DNA from: an uncultured Planctomycetaceae bacterium
GTDB taxonomy: Bacteria; Planctomycetota; Planctomycetia; Planctomycetales; Planctomycetaceae
Length of the DNA stretch: 64,000 bases
Direction: 5' to 3'
Assembly: GCA_963813715.1 (NCBI GenBank)
Contig: CAWFAK010000009.1
Span: 512,001-576,000 of the forward strand
Shown: positions 55,521 through 64,000 of the stretch, one piece after another
How positions within the stretch are numbered: the first letter of the stretch is position 1
Layout: every line of letters begins with the position of its first letter
Translations under genes and position numbers: made by a program
The notes under the pieces: generated by a model
Databases searched by the model: none
Seen by the model: the letters and a program-made list of their open reading frames with translations, nothing else
Told to the model about the DNA's origin: nothing

Positions 55521-56434
55521 ATGATCGACTGGAAGCATCTGCGGGCGCAGGTGATGGGGAAAACGGACAAACCGCCCCTCCCGCCCAGACTCGAAGTTCC
55601 GAAACTGCCTCAGACCGTCTCGGCCGTTTGCGAGCGCGCCAGCGCCCCGACTGCACGGCGGCCGACCTGTGTGAAGTGCTCGAGCAAGATCCGGCAATCA
55701 CCGTCGACCTGCTCAAACACGTGAACTCCGCAGCGAGCGGCCTGCGCACCAAGGCGGCCACCGTTCGCCAGGCCGTGGCGCTCTTGGGCGTCAAAAACAC
55801 GCGGCTGTTTGTGACCACCACGGTCCTCGAACAGCAGATGCGGAATACGAAGTCGCCGCTGATCCTCGGGCATTTGTTCTGTCTTTCGGCGTTAGAGCGG
55901 GCATTTTTCGCGCGAGAGATCGCCAAAGCGACCAATCGCGACACGGATCTGGCATTCGCGGGGGCGCTGATTCAGGACTTCATTCTGCCCTCGTTCACGA
56001 AGCAACACGTGACCGAATACGCCTCGTTCATGAAGCAGCTCTCCGCAGGCGAGGCCGAACTTCCCGATCTGGAAAGCGCTCATTTCGGCTGCACGCACGC
56101 CGACTGTGCTGCCTTCCTGATGCTCAATTGGGGCTTTCCGGACGACCTGATCTGCTGCGCGCTTTTGCATCATCGCCCCGTGCAAATCTGGGCGCTCGAG
56201 CCGTTGCGGCATACGGCCCTCCCCGCGCTGGCCGCCACCTCGTGGCTGCCGTCGGTGCTGGCTCCGTCGACCGCCCATTTGCCCAAGCTCTGCCAATACG
56301 TCGCTGACAACTTCAAACTCGATATTGCCGTCCTCGCCCAATCGGTCGATGAGCAGCTCCGCCACCAGGTTCCCAATTTGGGCACGTACGTGACCCTGCA
56401 CCAGCATCTGGCCAGTTCCGCCGTCAGCGTGTGA
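55521..56434 (+). CDS. HDOD domain protein (frameshift near 55650)
   Basis: PKLP, EQDPAIT.DLLKHVNS, TVRQAVALLG, AFAGALIQD, E..FGCTH, WGFP, HH. Confidence 0.88.
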
Positions 56435-56488
56435 ATCGCAAAACGCGCGTGTGAAGCCTGAGCGCGTCTGAGTAGTGAGCCGTGTGAG

Positions 56489-57784
56489 ATGACCGCGAAC
56501 AGCCAGACAATCACGTTTTCCATCGACCGACTCTGCTCCGGGACCACATTGCCCGGCCCGATTTACGAAGACACTGACAGCGGCGTGCTGTTGTTGCAGG
56601 CGGGGGTCTGCGTCTCCGAGGAGCAGATCGATCAGCTCAAGAACCGCGGCATCAAGCAAATCCGTATCGAGAAGCGGTTTGCCGATTCACTGTTTTCCTC
56701 CGCGCCGCGACGCGCCGGCAACCGGCCGATTCGCCAGCGCAACCCGACGACGCCGCAGGCCCAGCGGGCCGAGAAGAGCGCGCCGCCGATCTGCCGCCCG
56801 GAGCCGAAAACGACCTGGTCCGCGCAAGGATCGCAGTCGGTCGCCAAGCTGCGCAGCGCGCAATCGGAACGCCTCTCCAACGTTTACACGCTCCTGGAAA
56901 CCCAGGGCGGCATCGATGCCGACATTCTCGACGAGATCGGCCAGGAATCGATCGACCAGCTGTCCGTCGACATGGACCTGTTCATCAAGGCCTCGATCGA
57001 GCCGCAGCTCAGCGAGGCGGCGTCCGAGCACTGCGTGCGGGTCGCCCAGCTGGCGGTCGCGGTGGGCGCCGTGGCCGGCCATACGCGGGAAGAACTCCGC
57101 TGGCTAGCTATGGGATGCCTGGTTTCTCGTTGCTGCGCGACGGAATCCGCGCGAGAGCTGTCGGAAGAGCCGCGGCGCCTCACTGAGGTGGAATTCGCCG
57201 AGATCAAGCGGACGCCCGGACGCGTCTTCGATATGCTGTCAACGATCGACTTCCCCCTCGTGGCCCGGACCGTTGCGTACCAAATTCACGAACGCTGGAA
57301 CGGCACCGGCTACCCGCGACGCAAAGCCGGCAACCAGATTCACGTGCTGGCCCGCGTCGCTGGCGTCTGTGACGCTTACGTTTCGCTCAGCTCGCCCCGA
57401 CCGCACCGGCCGGCCTTCTCGCTCTATGCGGCCGTCGTGCAAATTCTGGCCGACGCGCGGGCCGGCCTGTTCGACCCGCAAACGATCCGGCACTTCCTGC
57501 GGACCGTCTCGCTCTATCCGATTGGGGCCTACGTCCGGTTGAGCACGGGCCAGATCGGCCGCGTCGTGCGGACGAGCCCGGATGCGTACGATCGCCCGTC
57601 GGTCGAAATCGTCGGCGAATCCCCGCACCGTATCATCGCCCTGACGGAGTCGCCGGACGTGCAGGTCGTCGAGGTAATCGATCCCGAGCAAGCCGCCGAG
57701 GAGATCTTCGTTCCTCAGGAGGGACAGCTCGATTCGGACCAGATCAATTTCCTGCTCGGCGTTCCCAGCACGCAGGAAATCTGA
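56489..57784 (+). CDS. HD-GYP domain protein with degenerate HD motif
   Basis: HCVRVA, HERWNGTGYP, VCDAY..L...RPHR; GCLVSRC at the position of G.L.HD.G. Confidence 0.85.
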   Translation: MTANSQTITFSIDRLCSGTTLPGPIYEDTDSGVLLLQAGVCVSEEQIDQLKNRGIKQIRIEKRFADSLFSSAPRRAGNRPIRQRNPTTPQAQRAEKSAPPICRPEPKTTWSAQGSQSVAKLRSAQSERLSNVYTLLETQGGIDADILDEIGQESIDQLSVDMDLFIKASIEPQLSEAASEHCVRVAQLAVAVGAVAGHTREELRWLAMGCLVSRCCATESARELSEEPRRLTEVEFAEIKRTPGRVFDMLSTIDFPLVARTVAYQIHERWNGTGYPRRKAGNQIHVLARVAGVCDAYVSLSSPRPHRPAFSLYAAVVQILADARAGLFDPQTIRHFLRTVSLYPIGAYVRLSTGQIGRVVRTSPDAYDRPSVEIVGESPHRIIALTESPDVQVVEVIDPEQAAEEIFVPQEGQLDSDQINFLLGVPSTQEI

Positions 57785-57837
57785 GCTCCGCCTCAGAAGC
57801 CGCGCCGCGCGTTTTCGCGTGCGGCGATCCTCGACAG

Positions 57838-58767
57838 TCACTTCGCTTCGCGGAACCGCTGCCAGGCCAGCCCCGGGCGATCAACGCGGAACGTCACGAG
57901 CCGCGTGTGCTCGACTTCCGTCACGTAGACGTTGCGACCGTCGGGCCCGCCGAAGCACAGATTGCTGGGCCGCTTGCCCAACACGTCGATCTCGCGCAGA
58001 ACCTCCCCCTGCGGCGTCATCTTGATGACGGTGCCGTTCCCGTAGCGGCAAATGTAGAGATTGCCGTCGACGTCGCAACGCATACCGTCGAACCCGTGAT
58101 TGGTGATGCGGCGAATCAAGCGGCGGTCGGCCAGCGACTTGTCCGCGCGAATCGTGAACCGCCAGATGTTCTTTTGATCGCTCTCGTTCACGTAGAGCGT
58201 CTTGCCGTCGGGACTCACCTCGATGCCGTTGGACGTTCCCTGATTGTCGGCCGCGAGGGTGATGCGGCCATCCGGGTCGATCCTCCAGACGCGTCCCGTC
58301 TTGGCCTTCCAGTTCGGATCGCTGGCGAAGATCGTCCCGTCGGGCGCGATCGCCAGGTCGTTCGGCTGAGCCATGCGGGGCTCATGAGCGAGCACGCGAA
58401 TGGCCCGTGTGGCCGGATCGATGGTGAGCACGTTGTGCCCGGTGTAGTCGGCCACGAACATCGTTCCTTTGCGGTCGAAGACGATGCCGTTGCCGTCGCT
58501 GCCCTTCGGCAAGGTGACGTAAACTTCGCCGCGTCCCTCGGGCGTGACGATGCCGATCGTACCCTCGGTGCGAAAGTTGACGGCGTAGATGTTGCCCCGC
58601 GCGTCGCAATTGGGCCCCTCGATGCCGATGGTGAATTCTCCCGGCTGCGTGAGCGGCCGCGAGACAAAGAGCGACTCGCTCGACGGTTCAGCCGCGGTGC
58701 CAAAGCGAGCTGCGCTCGTCACGAGTCCCACGAACAGTGATCCCAAAAGTAGAATTCGCGGGTTCAT
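57838..58767 (-). CDS. SMP-30/gluconolactonase family protein, exported
   Basis: Signal peptide; EGP, PND, NGI.VSPDG..LYV, DGMRCDVDGNLY, SNLCFGG. Confidence 0.93.
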   Translation of the reverse strand: MNPRILLLGSLFVGLVTSAARFGTAAEPSSESLFVSRPLTQPGEFTIGIEGPNCDARGNIYAVNFRTEGTIGIVTPEGRGEVYVTLPKGSDGNGIVFDRKGTMFVADYTGHNVLTIDPATRAIRVLAHEPRMAQPNDLAIAPDGTIFASDPNWKAKTGRVWRIDPDGRITLAADNQGTSNGIEVSPDGKTLYVNESDQKNIWRFTIRADKSLADRRLIRRITNHGFDGMRCDVDGNLYICRYGNGTVIKMTPQGEVLREIDVLGKRPSNLCFGGPDGRNVYVTEVEHTRLVTFRVDRPGLAWQRFREAK

Positions 58768-58818
58768 TTCGGGAGGTCCATCGCTGGAGGTGCGGAGGCG
58801 GCTGAGGCACGGGGGAGG

Positions 58819-59763
58819 TCAGGACTGGTCCATCTCTTCGTCGCTGATCAGCGGGATGGTCGGATAGCTCGGCTTGGCTTCGCTTTCCGGCTGCGCCGTC
58901 GAGGCGGTTTCGGCCACCTTCAGGAAATCGGGGGGGATCGCGGGCGTTTCCATGCCGCGCTCGCCGTAATAGAACTTTCGCCAGACCAACCGATCGCCGA
59001 CGCCGATGATCAGCGATTTGCGAAACAGTCGCAGCGAGGGATATCGCGTACGATTGAGATGCTCGCGACAACGACGGAAACGGATCGCCACCACCGTTTC
59101 CCCCTGCAGTTGATAGCCCACCAGGAAGCCGACAAATAGGCCCAGTGGGACCAGCCAGCGCCCTTCGATGTCCCACAAAAACAACCAACCAATGCAGGCA
59201 AAGACCAGCCCGAGGATTGGTGCCCACAGCGCCCAGGTGAGATCCGGCACGCTGCGATGCTCGCTGTTCCATTCGCATTGAGTTTCGTTGCCGCAAACGA
59301 CGCAGCAGTCGGGCAGTTCGGCTGTCCAGCGATCGCCGTAGAGATAAACGTGATCGTTGTGATCCTCGGACGAGACCCGTAGCTCCTTGCGCTCACCGTG
59401 GTCCTGGAGAAAGGTCAGGTATTCGGTCGCCTGCGTCCGCAACTCGGCCCGGTTCGCCCAGTAGAATTTGGCGACGCGTTTGAGATGCTCCCAGGTCGCC
59501 AGGGCCGCCGTGCGGATCATTCGCAGGGCACGGTCGAGCCAGCGCTTCCAAGCCTCGGTCGAATTGGTTCCCGCTGTCGGTCCCTCAGGGAACAGGGGCG
59601 GCTCGAAGGCCGTGGCCGCCAGCCAGGCCTGCCCATCGAGGGACACCTGGTCACCAGGCCGCAACCGGCCGTCGCGGGCGAATTCACGAAGTTGGTCAAC
59701 GGGGAAAGGTCCCTGGACGTCGCGCAGCGCACGGGGATCCCGGTAGTAAACGTCGCCGGACAT
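58819..59763 (-). CDS. GYF_2 (DUF4339)-like membrane protein with Cys motifs
   Basis: QGPFPVDQLREFARDGRL.PGD.VS.DG..W; LPDCCVVC, two TM helices, C..H. Confidence 0.75.
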   Translation of the reverse strand: MSGDVYYRDPRALRDVQGPFPVDQLREFARDGRLRPGDQVSLDGQAWLAATAFEPPLFPEGPTAGTNSTEAWKRWLDRALRMIRTAALATWEHLKRVAKFYWANRAELRTQATEYLTFLQDHGERKELRVSSEDHNDHVYLYGDRWTAELPDCCVVCGNETQCEWNSEHRSVPDLTWALWAPILGLVFACIGWLFLWDIEGRWLVPLGLFVGFLVGYQLQGETVVAIRFRRCREHLNRTRYPSLRLFRKSLIIGVGDRLVWRKFYYGERGMETPAIPPDFLKVAETASTAQPESEAKPSYPTIPLISDEEMDQS

Positions 59764-59921
59764 ACCGGTCGTTTGTACCAAGCTGCGCGAAGCGATAGAA
59801 GCCAGCGGCGGATCGAGCCGCGGCAGAATCCCTAAACCCGAAGGTGCAAGCGGCAAGTCGCGCAAACAGAAAGAAGGCGGACTCAAACCAGAGACGATTC
59901 AGGCGGCGGCCGGCGACGCGG

Positions 59922-60902
59922 TCACTTTGTGATCGCTTCCTTCGGAGCAACGGGGCGCATCTTTCCGACGCGGATGTTTAGCGGGATCGGGTCGGGAGCC
60001 GCGTTAACGGCGGGTACGCGGACGGCGCGTCGCAACACTTTGCCATCGAGCACGATCCCGTTCCCACCGGCGAAGCCCGGCGCCTGCTGGAGTTTTCGCT
60101 GCATGATCCGCCACTGCCACGGCTCAAAGATCGGCTGCAGCTTTTCTTGAGGGATCGAGCGCATTCGCGCATACACCACATTGAAATATGCGGCCGGATA
60201 CGGGCGATCCTCGAACCGGGCGGGCCGCGTCTCTTTGAGCAGCAGGTCTTCCAGACCCTTCCATTGTTCGTCGCTCAAGCCCAGGGCCGTCGACAGTCGC
60301 AACACGGTCATGTGAACTCCCGCCCGATGCTGAAAATCGCGGCGTTCGACCTCGACGCGATCGAGACTCGCGATTTGTTCTGGGCTGAGGATGCTGGCGA
60401 GGGTTTTGGCGAAGAGCGAGTCGCCGGCAAACAACGCACCGCCGCTGAGCGCCGCCTGAAACGGCTGCGTCTCCTGCCGAACCCGACGCCATTCGTCGAT
60501 CGTAATTCGTCCACCCCGATAGTGTGATTTGAACTGCTCGACCCGGTCGACAAGCCGCCGGATGTCCCCCTGGCCGGCCAGCAACAGTTTTTGCTTTTGG
60601 TTTTCGGGTATCCCGAAGCTTCGTCCAAGCGAGTCCACCTTCATGCGCAGTTGCGATTCGAGCCTTTCTTGCGGCGACCCGCCTCCCTCGTCGTTTCGGT
60701 AAACCCAATTGTCAATCATCGCCCCGATGTTGGGGACGTTGATCGACCGCTGTTCGTTCGCCGCCGGCTGCCGGGATTTGTCGACTAAATCATCGTCGTC
60801 ACCCGCGTGGGCGGGATTTGCTGCGAGCGCCAGCACGAGCAGCCACGCCGGCAGAGTCGTGCGTCCCCAACTCGTCACAGCGATCCTGGGTCCCGTTGGC
60901 AT
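59922..60902 (-). CDS. hypothetical exported helical protein
   Basis: GGAGG RBS, signal peptide AHA-GD, repeated L.L(S/T)xEQ helices. Confidence 0.8.
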   Translation of the reverse strand: MPTGPRIAVTSWGRTTLPAWLLVLALAANPAHAGDDDDLVDKSRQPAANEQRSINVPNIGAMIDNWVYRNDEGGGSPQERLESQLRMKVDSLGRSFGIPENQKQKLLLAGQGDIRRLVDRVEQFKSHYRGGRITIDEWRRVRQETQPFQAALSGGALFAGDSLFAKTLASILSPEQIASLDRVEVERRDFQHRAGVHMTVLRLSTALGLSDEQWKGLEDLLLKETRPARFEDRPYPAAYFNVVYARMRSIPQEKLQPIFEPWQWRIMQRKLQQAPGFAGGNGIVLDGKVLRRAVRVPAVNAAPDPIPLNIRVGKMRPVAPKEAITK

Positions 60903-60911
60903 GCCGGCCTC

Positions 60912-61944
60912 CTAGTCGCCGTCGTCCGGCTCGTCAATCGGCGTCCCGACGGACCCGATTCGTCCGGCATTAAATCGCGGATGCGGATCGCGACTCTTGA
61001 GGATCTCCCCCCAACGCTTCGACCTGTTCGCGATCCAACAGCGGCACGATCAGGGAATCGGGAACCGGCGGAACTTCGCGGCCCCCATCCCGCACCGCTA
61101 ATTCGATCATCTGGCTCCAAGCCGGTTCCCACTTGGGAACGAGTCTCGCCACCATGACCCGGCGCTGCGTTTCAGTGAGCGCGAGATCCTGATCAATGAA
61201 AGTCACAAACGTCCAAACGCAGGCCTCGCGTTCGTTCCCCCGTCGTTTGACGACCTCGCGGTGATAACGATCGGCGTCTGCGGGCGACAGGTGCTTCGTC
61301 ACGCATTCGGCCAGCTCGTTCGGAACCGCGTCGCACGACGCATCCGTCGCCCCAGTGGCCGCCCGTTCGAGGCACTGCACCAGATCCTTCTCCATCTCCC
61401 GCAGCTGTGCCTTCGTCGGAGCGCAGGCCTTCTTGACAAAAAGCAACTCCACAGTGACCATGGGCCGCCACTCAAGGCCCTGATCGGGCGCGTTTTGCGC
61501 GGCGAACGGGTCTTGCACCCGCCTAACCCTCGGCACGACCGGCCGGGGTCGGAATGCGGGAGCGCCGGGCGGCTCGCGGTCGGTGATGAGTACGATGCCG
61601 TTAAAGACCCGCGGCGCGAGCTTCAGGCGCCCCAGGATGTGCGTCAAGGCCTGACCGAGCGGAACGCCCTCGAGGTTCGCCGAGATCGGCGTCGTCGGCG
61701 CGACTTTGGACCGCTTCAGTCCGGCATCGTCGAGACGGACAGGGATCCGGTATTTCTGCGCGAGGAGTCGGGCGAATTCCGTCAGCGGCAGATTTTGGAC
61801 CTTGAGGTCGGTCTTCGCTTCCAACACGGCGACTGCCTGCGGACGGTCTAATTGCACTGCCGACAGCTGGGCAGGGAGCGAAACGGCCGTCGCCGTCAGC
61901 GCGACCAGTAAGAAGGCAGCGGGCAGAAGCAGGAGTCGGTTCAT
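60912..61944 (-). CDS. hypothetical exported protein with N-terminal STN-like domain (probable frameshift near 61010)
   Basis: GAGGAG RBS, signal peptide; PL.EF..LL...IPV.LD...PIS.NLEGVPL..AL..IL..L.L...NG..LIT. Confidence 0.75.
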
Positions 61945-62093
61945 GGCGCTTCCGTACTCCTCGGAAATGCCAAAACACGCCGTGCGTTGCTGCCTAGACC
62001 TTACCAGATGCGGGTCGGCAATTCGACATTTTTCTTGCCCAGCCTGAGCGGCTGCTTACGCGATCAATCCGCCTGGTTATGCGATCACTCCGT

Positions 62094-63579
62094 TCAGTGC
62101 GGGAGCGACTCGAACGGGTCGCCTTTGCTCGAACCGGAGCCGTCGGCACTGGGGATGGCGGAAGTCGGCCGCGTGGGAGGCGGCGAGCCGGCGGCCGCAG
62201 GCGCTTCGAGGAACGGATCGTCGGCGTCGGCGCTCCGCAACGGAGGCGGTGAGGACGCGGGCGAAGGGGAGCTCGACGGCAGCGAGTTGAGTGCCTGAGA
62301 GTTAAGTGGCGGCGAGTTGTGCGGTTGGAAGTTGGGCGACGACCGCGGACTCGCGTCGAACGAACCGAGTTGCACGTGGCCTGCGCCGGACGAACCGCTC
62401 GGCGTTGTCGGAATCGGCTGATTCCATTCGGCGCTATCGCCGTCAAGTCGCGAGCCCGCACCGTTGCCGGGCCCCAGCGTAGCGCGACCGGGCGGCGATA
62501 GCGGGGAAGGCGCCGAATTGGGACGGCGGATCGTTCGGCGCGAGCGGCGCAGAAGGCGGATTGGAGGAGGGCGTGCTCAAGTCGCCAACGTCCGACGACG
62601 CAGACTCGGACAAGGTGGGAGTCGCGCGGCCCCGGCCTGCCGTCGCGCCAGCGAACTGTGCTCGTTTGCGGTTCATCGCGCCGATGTCGAAGGCCGGGTA
62701 GTAGGGTTTGCGCGGAACCTGCCAGTTCCGCGGCGGAATGGTCGTCGGGTTGACCTCGATCTCCGTAATTTCGAGCTTGATCTTCAATTGAGCCTGCGGC
62801 CATTCCAGCGCAATGACATGGGGCATCACGATTCCGGTGGCCCGGTCGCGAATATGCTGATCGAGAGTCGCCCGCGCGATCAGGAGGCCGTTCATGTCAA
62901 CCAGGCTATGGCTCAGCACGAGGCCGCGGCGCAGGTCGACGCGGATCACTTTCTTGACCATTTGGCCGGACGGGGAGAGCCGCTCGGAAATCAGGTTTAC
63001 GAACTGGCCGCCAGCTTCAGGATGTAGCGATACGTGCTGTGTGTCGATCGGCACGACGCCCAGCGCTTCCATCAGCCAATCGGGCTGAAACGGAATTTGC
63101 GAGAGCATCTGTGAATTGGGCACGTCTTCGTGTCGGGCCTGGTAGACGTAGCTCGGCTGGCCGTTCATGCTGCCGTGTTTGACCCAGAACCAAAACCACT
63201 CGGCGTTCGAGCCAAAATCGGCTTCTTCGTCCATGCGGAGGATGCCGGCGGTCAGGTGAAAGTTGCGGGGCCGCTCGACCGCGATTGTGCCTGTCAGATG
63301 CACGGGCAAGCTCTGGCCGGAAATGCGGACGTCATTGGAACGCCAGGCCGACACTCGTTCGATGTTGGCGTTAACCCGCCGCACGACCTCGTCGACCGAC
63401 GCGTTGGCCGGCAGCGGCGAACCGAAGTCTTGGTGAGTGAATTGGGCCTCGAAGTGGCAGCCGCTTGCGGTGACGAGCAGCAACAGGCCGGAGCAGACCG
63501 ACAGTCGCGACCGTGGTGCCCCACCGGACATCGCTGTTGCGGTTGAGCTGCCCCCACCCCCGATAGATTCGCGATCCAT
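62094..63579 (-). CDS. hypothetical lipoprotein with Pro/Ser-rich tail (frameshift near 62480)
   Basis: Lipobox TASGC; ERPRNF, DFGSN..FWFW, PFQPDWLMEALG. Confidence 0.75.
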
Positions 63580-63659
63580 CGCGTTGATTCCTGTCAGCCG
63601 CCGCAGCCTTAATTGGAGTCAGCGGTTATTTGCACTCAGCGTTTATTGGGTCTCAGCAG

Positions 63660-64000
63660 TTATTTGGGCTCTGCCGTGATGCTCGCTTCGAGTTCCAGTT
63701 GCAGCGCCGCCAATCTCCGCTTCCGCAAGCTGTTGGTCGCGGACCTCAAACGGGCCTTCCCCCTGCAAGCCGGCCAGTTCCAGGATCGTCCCCTCGGCAT
63801 CGCTCCGAGTCTTCGCGATTTGCAGGCGCCGCCGTTGGACGAGCAGGAGGGCCAGCACATAGCGGAACTTTTCGCGGGCCGGGTTCGCGTCTTCGCACAG
63901 TTGTTCGAAGTGTCTCAGCAGGGCGTCTGGATCAAGTACGCGCCGTTTCGGTTGGTCGCGAACGGGGACTGTCACTCGCCAGAAGCCGAGCGCTCCCTCG
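63660..64000 (-). CDS. hypothetical protein, C-terminal part (5' end outside window)
   Basis: GFWRV.VP...RYVLALLLVQRRRL..; probable frameshift near 63710. Confidence 0.7.

Noticed and set aside
2577..63720. Many frameshifted genes (PhzF, NtrC, dnaE2, imuB, pyc, BatA, TPR, HDOD, giant genes) as pseudogenes or programmed frameshifts
   Set aside because: Small indels are scattered through unrelated genes whose motifs are otherwise intact, with no shared slippery motif seen; most consistent with long-read consensus error. Read polishing would settle it.
1..64000. Diversity-generating retroelement, retron, prophage or defence island
   Set aside because: No reverse transcriptase, integrase, phage structural gene or template/variable repeat pair seen; the MazG-like gene sits in a housekeeping-type context.

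Overview
High-GC bacterial chromosome segment. The gene content (DUF1559 prepilin-type protein, STN-like and WD40 membrane proteins, MoxR-DUF58-BatA operon, giant membrane proteins) points to Planctomycetota (inference). About 42 coding regions: ABC ATPase, two PaaI thioesterases, PhzF, M50 protease, a sensor kinase/NtrC pair divergent from a lipoprotein-DUF1559 operon, an imuA-imuB-dnaE2 mutagenesis cassette, orphan ParA, two giant paralogous membrane proteins (~1130 and ~2700 aa), LRR protein, pyruvate carboxylase, amidase, SH3/QP-rich protein, nucleoside MFS, NnrE, MoxR operon, Gfo/Idh/MocA, MazG, TPR-metallopeptidase, HDOD plus degenerate HD-GYP, and SMP-30. Many genes, including pyc, carry small frameshifts that most likely reflect long-read indel errors. 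No rRNA, tRNA or CRISPR array was seen. Highlights: (1) three ~95-115 bp hairpin elements built from stop-free heptamer arrays sit in frame inside dnaE2 (two) and imuB (one), in a cassette also carrying an octamer hairpin, a REP doublet, an IS481 remnant and a MITE; (2) a GTGG-type REP family that brackets an antitoxin relic and is translated inside a signal peptide; (3) a three-module giant membrane protein locus with an internal signal peptide; (4) a candidate RNA switch at ~52990-53140.
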